A DNA stretch of 64,000 bases from Alphaproteobacteria bacterium (lineage in GTDB: Bacteria > Pseudomonadota > Alphaproteobacteria > SP197), in contig OZ219747.1 in the NCBI GenBank assembly GCA_964291265.2, forward strand, positions 4,373,095 to 4,437,094, in the 5' to 3' direction. The notes under the pieces are model-generated. The model ran no database searches. It was not told where the DNA came from and saw nothing but the letters and a program-made list of their open reading frames with translations. Both the position numbers and the translations under genes were made by a program. Positions 9,404-19,202 of this stretch are shown here, one piece after another; the first letter of the stretch is position 1, and the number at the start of each line of letters is the position of its first letter.

Positions 9404-11259
9404 GCCCGATCGGGCAGGGTTTCATCGAACTGCAACCGGGCAAGCCGCGCATAGCGGCCGTCGGCCGTCACGAGTTCTTCATGGCGACCGCTTTCGACGA
9501 TCTGTCCCTCGTGCAGAACGATGATCCGGTCGGCCTTGAGGACGGTCGCCAGCCTGTGGGCAATGACCAGGGTTGTCCTCCCCGACATCAAGGTCTTCAG
9601 AGCTTTCTGAACTTGCCGTTCGCTTTCAGCATCAAGGGCGCTGGTCGCCTCGTCGAGAAGCAGCAGGGGCGCATCCTTCAGGATCGCCCGGGCAATGGCG
9701 ATCCGTTGACGTTCGCCGACCGAAAGACGCGTTCCGCGTTCTCCGACAAAGGTGTCGTAGCCTTCCGCGAGGCGTTCGATGAACCCGGCAGCAAAGGCAC
9801 TTCGGGCGGCGGCACGGACTTCACTCAAGGTCGCCCCGGGCCTGCCATAGCGGATGTTGTCGGCAATCGAGGCGCCGAAGATCACCGGCTCCTGGGGAAC
9901 GAGGGCCATGCGCTGCCTCAGGCTGGCGACGGGGGCCTTTCGGACATCGACGCCATCCACGGAAACGGTGCCCTCCTGTGGGTCGTGGAATCGCAGGAGG
10001 AGACGAAACAGCGTGCTTTTTCCGGAGCCTGATTGCCCGACCAGGGCCACGGTCTCGTCACATTCGACTTCGAACGAGACACCGTTGAGGGCCGGTTCGT
10101 CGGGACGTGCGTCGTAGCGGAAGACGACATCGCGAACATTGACGATACCCTGCGGCGGCTCAGGCAATGCCACTGGATTCGCCGACTCGCGTATGTCCGA
10201 CCGCACTTCGATCAATTCACTCAGGCGTTCCGCTGCGCCAGCGGCCCTCTGGAGTTCGCCCCAGATTTCACTCAGCACGCCGGCAGCGGCCGCCACGATC
10301 ACCGCGTAGAAGACGAACGACGCCAGGTGTCCGCCACTGATGCGACCGGCAACGACGTCATGGCCTCCCATCCACAGGACGCCGGCAATCCCGCCGAACA
10401 GCAACAGGATGACACTGGAGAACAGGAAACTGCGGGCCGTGATGCGCCGCACCGCCGTGTGAAACGCCATCTCGACCGTATCGCCGAAACGCTGTCGCTC
10501 GAACGTCTCGCGGACGAAAGCCTGCACGGTGGGAACGGCATGCAGTGTTTCATCAACCCGGTGGCCGACATCGGCAAGGCGATCCTGTGACAGCCGTGAC
10601 AGGCGGCGCACCCGGCGGCCAAACACCAGGACCGGCATCAGCACAACCGGCACCATGAGAACCACGATGGCTGTCAGCCGGGCGCTCGTCACTGCCAGCA
10701 TGGTCGTGCCGCCGGCCAGCAGCAGGACATTGCGCAAGGCCATGGACACCGATGATCCGACCACCGTCTGCAGGATGGATGTATCCGTCACAAGCCTGGA
10801 ATGCACCTCGCCGATGCGGGTCACTTCGAAGAAGGTCGGCGACATGGCGATCATCCTGTCGAAGACGTCCCGGCGCAGATCCGCCACCACGCGTTCACCG
10901 ATCCAGGAGACCAGCCACGATCGGGCAAAACTCGCGATGGCGAGGACGACGACAATGACCATGAGAACGACAAGGGCCTGGTCAAGGATTCCAGCATCGG
11001 TTTCGGCCAATCCCCGGTCGATCAGGACTCTCAACCCGACGCCAAGGCCCAGCACGGCCACCGCGGCGACGATCAGCGCCAGGACGGCGCCTGCCACCTG
11101 TACCCTGTAGGGTGCGAGGTAGGGCAGAAGGCGTCGCAGTTCGCCCAGATCACGACTGCCCTCGCGTTCCGATGACTCCGTCCTGCTGCCAGGGCGCCTG
11201 GTCTTTGGGCCTGATCTCGACACAAGCGCTGCTATATCAGCGGTCAGCCGGGCCAACAA
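9400..11259 (-). CDS. ABC transporter fused permease/ATPase (MsbA-like exporter)
   Basis: N-terminal TM domain; Walker A GQSGSGKST, signature LSVGERQR, LLLDEATSALD, IAHRL. Start uncertain. Confidence 0.9.
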   Translation of the reverse strand: MLARLTADIAALVSRSGPKTRRPGSRTESSEREGSRDLGELRRLLPYLAPYRVQVAGAVLALIVAAVAVLGLGVGLRVLIDRGLAETDAGILDQALVVLMVIVVVLAIASFARSWLVSWIGERVVADLRRDVFDRMIAMSPTFFEVTRIGEVHSRLVTDTSILQTVVGSSVSMALRNVLLLAGGTTMLAVTSARLTAIVVLMVPVVLMPVLVFGRRVRRLSRLSQDRLADVGHRVDETLHAVPTVQAFVRETFERQRFGDTVEMAFHTAVRRITARSFLFSSVILLLFGGIAGVLWMGGHDVVAGRISGGHLASFVFYAVIVAAAAGVLSEIWGELQRAAGAAERLSELIEVRSDIRESANPVALPEPPQGIVNVRDVVFRYDARPDEPALNGVSFEVECDETVALVGQSGSGKSTLFRLLLRFHDPQEGTVSVDGVDVRKAPVASLRQRMALVPQEPVIFGASIADNIRYGRPGATLSEVRAAARSAFAAGFIERLAEGYDTFVGERGTRLSVGERQRIAIARAILKDAPLLLLDEATSALDAESERQVQKALKTLMSGRTTLVIAHRLATVLKADRIIVLHEGQIVESGRHEELVTADGRYARLARLQFDETLPDRA

Positions 11260-11560
11260 GTGACCAGGTCAGGGGCGCAGTGTCGTTTCCCGGTCCTTCT
11301 TGACGGGGATGTCGGCGGAAGCCGGGGGTTCGCTCGCCCCCCGAATCATGTCGGACACTTGTTCGCCGATCACGATGGTGCGGAGTCGCTGTGCGGCGGT
11401 GACGGGGACAAGCCCGTGGGGGGAACCGAAGGGGCTCGTTGGCGGAACCGGCATCGGGCACCATGGTGGCAGGCCAGCACTCACGACACATGAAACCTCA
11501 CCGACAACGATGCCTCCGACAGTGGCGAGATCATGGTCGGACCGCCAATCACCACTGACC

Positions 11561-11589
11561 TTGCATGCAGGGAGGTGGTTGCCTATAAA
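11561..11589 (+). promoter_or_regulatory. Putative sigma70 promoter of rpmE
   Basis: TTGCAT-17 bp-TATAAA, 26 bp before the rpmE ATG. Confidence 0.55.
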
Positions 11590-11615
11590 TCGATGCCGCA
11601 CCACGGGGGGTTGCC

Positions 11616-11840
11616 ATGAAGGACGGAATTCATCCTGACTATCACGACATCAGGATCGTCATGACCGACGGCACGGAATTCGTGACTCGCTCCACGTGGG
11701 GTAGCGAAGGCGCCACCATGACGCTGGAAATCGACCCGCTCTCCCATCCCGCCTGGACCGGGGGAAGCCAGCGACTCGTCGATACCGGCGGACAGGTGGC
11801 GCGGTTTTCCAAACGATTCGGACATCTCAAACTGGGCTGA
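11616..11840 (+). CDS. rpmE: 50S ribosomal protein L31
   Basis: [10 protein letters not shown]...[13 protein letters not shown]...[10 protein letters not shown], alphaproteobacterial Cys-free type. Confidence 0.96.
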   Translation: MKDGIHPDYHDIRIVMTDGTEFVTRSTWGSEGATMTLEIDPLSHPAWTGGSQRLVDTGGQVARFSKRFGHLKLG

Positions 11841-11873
11841 GCCAAGGAGGAGGGTCCGGCCGAGAGGCTCTTC

Positions 11874-12755
11874 ATGTCACGGCCCGTCATCATCACGTGC
11901 GCGGTCACCGGTGGCGGTGACACCGTTTCGAGAAGCGACAAGGTCCCGGTCACGCCGGAACAGATCGCCAAGGCCGCCATTGATGCCGGCAAGGCCGGTG
12001 CGGCGATCTGCCATATCCACGTTCGCGATCCCGAAACCGGCGCGCCATCGATGAGGCAGGACCTCTACTCCGAAGTCGCCGGCCGCATCCGTGATTCCGA
12101 CAGTACGATTGTCATCAACCTGACGACCGGACCGGGAGCCGGGTTCATTCCGTCGGCTGACGCCCCCTCACGCACCGCGGTGCCGGGATCGTTCCGCACT
12201 CCCGGAGAACGGGTCCGCCATGTGGAAAAACTGTTGCCCGAGGTGTGCAGCCTCGACGTGGCAACGATGAACTTCGGCGAGCGCGCCTTCGTCAATGTCC
12301 CGGCACACTTGCAGGAAATGGCCGGGCGCATCCGCTCTGTCGGCGTCAAACCCGAACTCGAGGTGTTCGATGCCGGCCACCTCAGGCTCGCCAGGCGCAT
12401 GGTCGACGACGGCCTCATCGATTCCCCGCCGATGTTCCAGTTGTGCATGGGCATCCCCTGGGGAGCGCCGGCCGCCGCCGAAACCGTGACCTATCTTCGT
12501 TCGATGCTGCCCGACGGCGCCCTGTGGGCCGGATTCGGCATTTCACGGCTGCAGATGCCCATGGTCGCGGAAGTGGTGAACCAGGGCGGTCATGTCCGGG
12601 TCGGCCTGGAGGACAACCTCTACCTGGAACGGGGTGTTCTGGCGACCAATGCCGAACTCGTCGAGAAGGCAGGCGGCATCATCTCCATGCTCGGCTGCCG
12701 CGTCGCAACATCCGACGAGGCACGATCCATGCTCGGCCTCAGGGGCACCCAGTGA
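11874..12755 (+). CDS. Beta-keto acid cleavage enzyme (BKACE/DUF849)
   Basis: IITCAVTG, ICHIHVRD, KPELEVFD, HVRVGLEDN. Confidence 0.92.
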   Translation: MSRPVIITCAVTGGGDTVSRSDKVPVTPEQIAKAAIDAGKAGAAICHIHVRDPETGAPSMRQDLYSEVAGRIRDSDSTIVINLTTGPGAGFIPSADAPSRTAVPGSFRTPGERVRHVEKLLPEVCSLDVATMNFGERAFVNVPAHLQEMAGRIRSVGVKPELEVFDAGHLRLARRMVDDGLIDSPPMFQLCMGIPWGAPAAAETVTYLRSMLPDGALWAGFGISRLQMPMVAEVVNQGGHVRVGLEDNLYLERGVLATNAELVEKAGGIISMLGCRVATSDEARSMLGLRGTQ

Positions 12756-13510
12756 TCAATTGCGATCTTGCCGGTACGCGCAGTCTCGTCACAGGTGCCG
12801 CCTCCGGTATCGGTCTGGCGACAGCGACGCTCCTTGCCCGTTGCGGTTCCCGCGTGGCACTCAACGACCTTCCCGGCAACCCGCATCTCGCCAGGGAGGT
12901 GACGCGCCTGCGGGACGCAGGACTGGATGTCATGGCGGCGCCCGGTGATGTCGGGGACGCGCGTGGCTGCGAGGCCATGGTTTCGGGCACCATCGATGCA
13001 CTCGGCGGACTCGACCATCTTGTGAACAATGCCGGTACGCCGGCGACATCAAGCCCGGTGCCGCCCCGGGATCTTGACGCCATCGACGAGGACATGTGGC
13101 TGAAGGTGCTGTCAGTCAATCTCGTCGGTCCCTATCGGTGCGCCCGCGCCGCTGCCGCGGCCCTGCGACAGGGTGGCGGGGCGATCGTCAACACCTGTTC
13201 GGTGGCCGGTCTTACGGGAGTCGGCTCATCGACGGCCTATGCAGCATCGAAGGCCGGCCTCATCAACCTGACGCAGGCCCTGGCCAAGGCTCTGGCGCCG
13301 GAGGTGCGGGTCAATGCCGTCGCCCCTGGCGTGGTGGACAGTCCCTGGGAATGCCGCTGGTCCGAGGAAGGCAACCAGGAGCGCCTCACACGTGTCCCTC
13401 TGAACCGGGCCGGTCAACCCGATGACTTCGCCGAGAGCATTCTCTTCCTCGCCCACGCTTCGTACATCACCGGCCACACGCTCGTGGTCGACGGCGGCAT
13501 GACTGCCTGA
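12752..13510 (+). CDS. SDR family oxidoreductase
   Basis: TGAASGIG, NNAG, YAASK; GTG start overlaps the BKACE stop (GTGA). Confidence 0.88.
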   Translation: MINCDLAGTRSLVTGAASGIGLATATLLARCGSRVALNDLPGNPHLAREVTRLRDAGLDVMAAPGDVGDARGCEAMVSGTIDALGGLDHLVNNAGTPATSSPVPPRDLDAIDEDMWLKVLSVNLVGPYRCARAAAAALRQGGGAIVNTCSVAGLTGVGSSTAYAASKAGLINLTQALAKALAPEVRVNAVAPGVVDSPWECRWSEEGNQERLTRVPLNRAGQPDDFAESILFLAHASYITGHTLVVDGGMTA

Positions 13511-13546
13511 ACCGTTTCATCGGCGCACAGTTGCGCCTGAACGGGT

Positions 13547-14509
13547 TCAGATGTCGAGGGTCAGCATCGGCGAACGGGCGCGGCTGCAGCAAACCATGAT
13601 GAACTCGCCACGCGCCTTTTCCTCGTCGTCAAGCACGAAGTCCCGGTGATCGGGCTCTCCGTCGAGCAGCACCGTGGCACAGGTACCACAGATTCCTTCC
13701 TCGCACATGGTTTCGACATCAAGGCCGTTGGCGCGCAGCACCTCGACGATTGTGCGGTCCGCCGGCACGTCGAGCACTGTGCCGGTGCTGGCGATCTTCA
13801 CCTGGAAGGCCGCGTTCTCGTCGTGTTCGACGGATTCGTCGACAGAAAAGTACTCGAAGTGAACGGTGTGCCGAGGCCAGTGGGCGAGGGCCGCCTCACA
13901 GGCGTGCATGAACCCCGCAGGACCGCAATAGTAGACATGCGTTCCCGGGCGCACCTCCTTGAGGAGACCGGTGATGTCAAGGCCGTCGGCGGGATTGCCA
14001 TTGTCATGGTGGAAGATCACGCGATCGGCAAAATCCGATTGCGCGATATCGGTCCGGAAGGCCGTGCGTTCCGGTGAACGCGTGCAGTAGTGCATATCGA
14101 AGGAGGCTCCGCGCCCTGCAAGATCACGAGCCATGGCCATCATCGGTGTCACACCGATACCGCCGGCCAGCAGGATGTGATGGCGTGCATCGGCCGCCAG
14201 GGGAAAGTTGTTGCGTGGACCGTGGATCGTCAGGTGATCCCCCGGGCGAACTCGATCGTGCATGCACGTGGACCCGCCCCGGCTCTCCGGCTCACGCAGA
14301 ACTCCGACGACATAGCGGTCCACGTCCCGCGGATCACTCGAGATCGAGTACTGCCGGACGAGACCGTTGGGCAACTCGATGTCGACATGGGCCCCGGCCG
14401 CAAACATCGGCAGCAGGCGGCCTTCAGGATCCACCAGCTCGTAGGAGCGGATGTCTATCGCCTCGTCGATGACCCTGTTCACCTTCAGGGTCAATGCCAC
14501 ACCACTCAT
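13547..14509 (-). CDS. PDR/VanB-family oxygenase reductase (FMN, NAD, C-terminal 2Fe-2S)
   Basis: RQYSI, SRGGS, AGGIGVTP, YYCGP, CEEGICGTC...MVCCS. Confidence 0.93.
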   Translation of the reverse strand: MSGVALTLKVNRVIDEAIDIRSYELVDPEGRLLPMFAAGAHVDIELPNGLVRQYSISSDPRDVDRYVVGVLREPESRGGSTCMHDRVRPGDHLTIHGPRNNFPLAADARHHILLAGGIGVTPMMAMARDLAGRGASFDMHYCTRSPERTAFRTDIAQSDFADRVIFHHDNGNPADGLDITGLLKEVRPGTHVYYCGPAGFMHACEAALAHWPRHTVHFEYFSVDESVEHDENAAFQVKIASTGTVLDVPADRTIVEVLRANGLDVETMCEEGICGTCATVLLDGEPDHRDFVLDDEEKARGEFIMVCCSRARSPMLTLDI

Positions 14510-14611
14510 CGGGATTGTCTCCGTTTCCTCAAGCGGGCTGCACCACTATCACGGTGCCGGCCTCTCGTGCCATGACAACGTGCGGCCTGTTTGCCTCCGG
14601 CAGGGAGATCG

Positions 14612-16120
14612 TCAGGCGGCAGCCAGACGACTGGCGTACTGGGGATAGAACCTCTTCGGTTTCACCGGCGCCGTGACGGAACACTGCTTGACTGCCGCCA
14701 CCGCGTGGACCCAGTTCAGCGGTTTCCGGCAGAACCGGTATTCCTCCAGGGCAGCCTGCTGGATCTTGTAGCCATGCATTTCGGAGGCGTCCTCGCGGCA
14801 CGCCAGGCGCGTCGCAAGGGTGAAGAGATCATCGGTATCGTAACCCGCCTGGACGTAGGTGCGAGCGAGATCCACGATGTCCCGGACCGCATCCGGGGCC
14901 ACCAGTTCATTGATCGGAACCTCGAGTCTTGTGACATCATGGCCATCGAGAGTGACGATCGCTTCCTCGATCCGCTCGAGCAGGACGTTCGCCGGTTCCA
15001 TGACAGCGGGCTTCCTGCCCTGCCAGTCCCATGTCAGGGTGGCGTCGAGATAGCGAATCTCGTAACTCCATGCCCAACCGAGCAGCGCCAGGCACTTCGA
15101 GCGGAAAGAGACCTCCGGAAAACCGATCACGTAGCGCCGGGCGGAGATTCCGGTGTGAATGTGTACGTCGAAAGGATTGGCGGTGTGGGAACGCAGGAAG
15201 ATCCTGGCTCCACCGATGGAGAGTGCTTCGCAGGTTCCCTCCAGTGACAGGCCGCCTCCCATGGTTTCGGCGACCATGCCTGGCAGTTCCGCAATCGACG
15301 CAACAGAGCCCACCCTGTCGGCAAACTCTCCGATCGCCGCCGTCTCGGACGGACCGGTCTTCAGGGGTACGGTGTCCGGTGTGAGCCGGAAGGTGTCCAT
15401 CAATGCATCGAGTTCACCGAGCCTGTGGTGAAAGGCAATGCCGTCGTCAATAGCCTGCTGGTCGAACTCGCCGAAGGAGGAGAACGGAGCATGCCGTGCC
15501 AGGTATCTCACCACCGGGCGCAGCAGCACCGGTCCCCATTGCCAGCCGATCCGGTCAAGGGCGCGCATGGCGTAGACAAGGTAGAGGAAATAGTGATCGT
15601 CCAGCACATTGCGCTCGAGCGCCACCGGCAGCAGGCAATCGAGGATCCGGCCAGGTGACACGGTCTCGCAAGCCAGGGTCAGCGCCCTTTCGGCAAGACG
15701 CTGTTCATGGGCCCGGACGGAGCTCGCGAGCCGTTCGAGTGTTCTTTCCGGGCTGAGGTCGCGATTGAGGTCGTCGAAACGCACCATGACTGTCGGCCCC
15801 ATGGACGGCAGGTGAATGTGCTTGCAGGCCAGTGCCACGCTCTGGACGGCGGGCAGTTGTCTGTTCTCGCCATCGAGCCGGTCCATCATCGACAGCACGG
15901 CGTGAATGCCCGCCACGGGATGAATCGGTCCGCCATGGTGTCCGGATGGAAGTTCGCTCGCCCGTGAGACCGCCAGGGCCGCAGCAACCACGAGATCGTG
16001 CTCATCCTCACCCTCCTCCAGGCGGTCGAGTGTCCTGTCCACGATGTCGGCAGGACGGGTCTCCTCGATGAAGCGTACCCGCTCCTCGACATCGGGGCCA
16101 AAGCTGACGAGATGTACCAT
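14612..16120 (-). CDS. Uncharacterised 502-aa protein with several His motifs
   Basis: Long ORF with RBS; motifs GHHGGPIHP, DDHYFLY, FDVHIHTG, SEMHGYK. No family recognised. Confidence 0.7.
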   Translation of the reverse strand: MVHLVSFGPDVEERVRFIEETRPADIVDRTLDRLEEGEDEHDLVVAAALAVSRASELPSGHHGGPIHPVAGIHAVLSMMDRLDGENRQLPAVQSVALACKHIHLPSMGPTVMVRFDDLNRDLSPERTLERLASSVRAHEQRLAERALTLACETVSPGRILDCLLPVALERNVLDDHYFLYLVYAMRALDRIGWQWGPVLLRPVVRYLARHAPFSSFGEFDQQAIDDGIAFHHRLGELDALMDTFRLTPDTVPLKTGPSETAAIGEFADRVGSVASIAELPGMVAETMGGGLSLEGTCEALSIGGARIFLRSHTANPFDVHIHTGISARRYVIGFPEVSFRSKCLALLGWAWSYEIRYLDATLTWDWQGRKPAVMEPANVLLERIEEAIVTLDGHDVTRLEVPINELVAPDAVRDIVDLARTYVQAGYDTDDLFTLATRLACREDASEMHGYKIQQAALEEYRFCRKPLNWVHAVAAVKQCSVTAPVKPKRFYPQYASRLAAA

Positions 16121-16269
16121 GGGGCATCCTCCCGACTGCTGGATGAAGCGTCAGTGCACTATGGACCGGAATGCCAGAGATGTTGATCTTTTTTTGTGGG
16201 CCGCCAGGCGTTGACGCCGGGCCGCGACCGGTGCCATGACACACTCGGCGGACGTGACGCGAAAGGAGT

Positions 16270-16746
16270 GTGGCCAAGGTGACTCACCCCATGACACGAG
16301 AGGGCTTTGAACGCCTGTCCCTTGAGTTGAAACGCCTCAAGAACAGCGAGCGCCACGAGATTTCCCGGGCTATCGAGGCGGCGCGTGAGCACGGTGACCT
16401 CAAGGAAAATGCCGAGTATCATGCGGCCAAGGACCGTCAGGGATTCGTGGAGGCGCGCATCAGGCAGCTTGAAGGCGTCCTCGGCGAGGCGCAGGTCATC
16501 AACCCGGACCGGCAGCCCCGGGACAGGGTCGCCTTCGGAGCCCGTGTGACGGTGGTCGACCTCGATACGGGAGGCGAGGCGTCATACCGCATCGTCGGTG
16601 AACACGAGGCCGACACCGACGAGGGGCTGATCTCCATCAGGAGTCCGATCGCGCGGGCCCTCATGGGGCGGGAATCGGGGGATGACGTCTCCTTCGCGAC
16701 ACCCAAGGGACAACGGGAAATCGAGATCACGGCCATCGACTACTGA
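16270..16746 (+). CDS. greA: Transcription elongation factor GreA
   Basis: AREHGDLKENAEYHAAK, ISIRSPIARAL. Confidence 0.96.
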   Translation: MAKVTHPMTREGFERLSLELKRLKNSERHEISRAIEAAREHGDLKENAEYHAAKDRQGFVEARIRQLEGVLGEAQVINPDRQPRDRVAFGARVTVVDLDTGGEASYRIVGEHEADTDEGLISIRSPIARALMGRESGDDVSFATPKGQREIEITAIDY

Positions 16747-16764
16747 CCGCGTCGAGGCAACTGT

Positions 16765-17148
16765 TCAGGATGCGCGGTCGCGGGAGCCCGACTTGGCGAC
16801 GTAGGCAATGTCGCTGTGTTCCTGACAGTAGGGTTTTCCCGGGACCACGGCCTTGCCGCAAAAGTAGAAGTCTTCCTCGTCGGGATTGCCAAACGGCCAG
16901 CGGCACAGGTGGGCCGTCAACTCGATGATGTCGGTGATGCGCTGCCTTTTCATCCGGGGAGACCCGGTCACCGACTTCTTTTCGCCTGCCCTGACGATCG
17001 GCGATGGTCGCGCCGGAAGCTTGAGGCGGCGCGACTTGCCGATCACCGCGTTCTTGGAAACGCCGAGTTCCTTGCCAATGACCGATGCGCTGGTGCCCTT
17101 GGCCCACAACTCCTCCAGCCGGCGGATCATATCGTCACTCCAGACCAT
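16765..17148 (-). CDS. gcrA: GcrA cell-cycle regulator family protein
   Basis: WSDDMIRRLEELWAKGTSASVIG...SKNAVIGK; CRWPFGNP...FYFCG...PYCQEH. Confidence 0.88.
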   Translation of the reverse strand: MVWSDDMIRRLEELWAKGTSASVIGKELGVSKNAVIGKSRRLKLPARPSPIVRAGEKKSVTGSPRMKRQRITDIIELTAHLCRWPFGNPDEEDFYFCGKAVVPGKPYCQEHSDIAYVAKSGSRDRAS

Positions 17149-17456
17149 CGCCTCGCTCCACCATATCCTGACACGTGAAGCAGCCATCAATAGGTCAGGT
17201 CGCCCCCGCGGTCCATACCGTAGTGCCGAACCGCAGGCGCGCCGGTGACCGCAATGCCACCGGACCTGACAGGTTCGACGCGATACCCAGGCCGAAGTGA
17301 GAGCGACAGTGCATGAGGACCACGCTCAACAGACATGCCAGCGATGCGACTCGGCATAGAGGTTCCGGAGAACGTGACGTGGGCTGCAGGACCATCCCAC
17401 GCTTGATTCCTCTTGGGCGTCGGGCATCCAGGCGTTTCACGCGCGCAGATGTCGGC

Positions 17457-17610
17457 AGTCTCGCGCTCGGGTTGAGTCCCTGCCGATGATCGGCAGGCTG
17501 CTCCAGCACAGCCAGGTCGAAAGCAGTGCCCGGTACGCCCACCTGGCACACGATTCCTTGCAAGAGGCGGCTGCACGGGTGTTTGCCAACATCGCCGAGG
17601 ATGTGGTGCA
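17457..17610 (+). pseudogene. C-terminal fragment of a tyrosine recombinase/integrase
   Basis: LALG..(frameshift)LPMIGRLLQHSQVESSARYAHL matches the box II LLGH...TxRYAH end of phage-type integrases; the rest is absent. Confidence 0.7.
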
Positions 17611-17788
17611 GGAAGTACCCGCAAGCACTGTGTCGGACCGGCCCGGCCGGCCTGCGGGGAAAGTCGCCAAGAGGAGCGTGGCAGGCGTTGGAGTGATGCT
17701 CTCCTCGGTGGCGATGCCCGTTGCCGCGCACAGCGTGGTGAAACCGTGGCGCACGGATCCGCCACATCGGCCGGGAGTGGTTCGGTGC

Positions 17789-18040
17789 TTACACCGATTC
17801 GGCGCGGATATCGAGAAGGCTGCGCGCCTCGCGCCCGCAGGCCACGCCGACGAGGTGGACCGCATTGCCATGGTCGCGGTAGGTCTCGGCATTGCCCCGC
17901 TCGCGCATCTGCGCCAGCGCCGCGGCGCCGCCCCCCTCGCCCTCGGCCATCGTGAACTCCGGCACGAAGACCTGATCGCCGAGGCGCACCACCATGTCCG
18001 CACGAACGCGGTGCGAGGCCTCGTCGCGCGCCAGGTCGCC
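17789..18040 (-). pseudogene. C-terminal fragment of an AAA-ATPase/PD-(D/E)XK nuclease (DUF1703-like)
   Basis: RADMVVRLGDQVFVPEF...ALAQMRERGNAETYR...VHLVGV resembles the GRxD...EFK...AxxQ..xxxY pattern; no N-terminal ATPase present. Confidence 0.55.
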
Positions 18041-18188
18041 CTTGAGGGGATGCAGCCGGAACATGATGCCTCGAGAACTGTGGCACGAGACCGGCAGGAA
18101 GCCGTGCAACTGCACGACCTGCACAACATTGCGTCACGGGGGAAATACGGGTCATATGAGCCCCCTCCAGTGCATCGGGCGGCAACGC

Positions 18189-19202
18189 ATGGAATCGATC
18201 TACTTTGTGCTGACGTGGCTGTGCCACCGGCGCTGCCGTCATTGCTATGATGACCGCTTCCGCCCCTATGTCCGGGACGAACTCAGGCAGGTGGTGAAAC
18301 AGTCGCAGACCAACGTTCCCCGGATCATCGATCATCTTCCGGAAAGCATGATGGTCACCGACTCCACCGGTGCAAGGTTGAAGGGACGCATCATCGTTTC
18401 GGGGGGCGAGGTGCTCCTGGAGCCGGTGCGCAAGTCCGTGCTCTATCCGGCCATCGAGCAGATCGGTTCACGCTATCGTGGCGAGGTGCATCTCGTCGTG
18501 CAGACGACAGGAGATCGGCTCAGCGCACGCATTCTCGACGAACTCCTCGCCAGGAACGTGAGCACGGTCTCGATCTCGGGCTTCGACAGCTACCATGTCG
18601 GCATCAACCGAGCCGATCGCGCCAAGGTCCTGCGCGAACAGCTGCTCGCCATGTTCGATGCCGCAGGTGTGCGCGAAGCCGGGAACGAGCTCCCCAGCGA
18701 CGACGGCCCGCCTCTCTTCAACATCTTCGGAGCCAACGAGGACACCTGGATCGGCAAGTTGTGGCCTCGCGGACGCGCCTGGAGGAATGGACTGTCGCGT
18801 GCCGGCATGGAGGACAACTTCTGCCATGCCTGGTCCGGCGGACTGAATTTTCTCGAGAAGGGCCGGACGGGCTCGGAGGTGTCCATCGAACCCACCGGAG
18901 ATGTCTATCCCTGCTGCCTCAAGACGCGCCTTCCCATCGGCAACCTGATTCATGAACACCTCGATGACATCATCGACAGCCTGCGCAATCATCCGGTCTA
19001 CGAGGCCATCAACCAGGGAACGCCGGAGACCATGGGACATGCATTTGGCTGGACTACGGAGCGCTTCCTGGCCGAGTCGCAGATCGACACCCCGCAAGGC
19101 CGTTCCTACCGGAATCTCTGCATCGGCTGCGACAGGTTTCACGACAAGGTTCTTGGTCCGATGATCGAATCGGCCCGCCAGAAACGACACGGGCAAGCAT
19201 GA
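18189..19202 (+). CDS. Radical SAM protein with SPASM/twitch-type C-terminus
   Basis: CHRRCRHC (CxxxCxxC), SGGE, later FC, GDVYPCC and CIGC. Confidence 0.88.
   Translation: MESIYFVLTWLCHRRCRHCYDDRFRPYVRDELRQVVKQSQTNVPRIIDHLPESMMVTDSTGARLKGRIIVSGGEVLLEPVRKSVLYPAIEQIGSRYRGEVHLVVQTTGDRLSARILDELLARNVSTVSISGFDSYHVGINRADRAKVLREQLLAMFDAAGVREAGNELPSDDGPPLFNIFGANEDTWIGKLWPRGRAWRNGLSRAGMEDNFCHAWSGGLNFLEKGRTGSEVSIEPTGDVYPCCLKTRLPIGNLIHEHLDDIIDSLRNHPVYEAINQGTPETMGHAFGWTTERFLAESQIDTPQGRSYRNLCIGCDRFHDKVLGPMIESARQKRHGQA

Noticed and set aside
9700-9740. ABC signature LSVGE instead of LSGGQ
   Set aside because: Such variants occur in functional exporters, and the other motifs are intact.
17150-17165. CGCTCCACCA as a possible att copy of tRNA-Gly
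   Set aside because: Short, in the wrong orientation relative to the tRNA, and overlapping the gcrA RBS.
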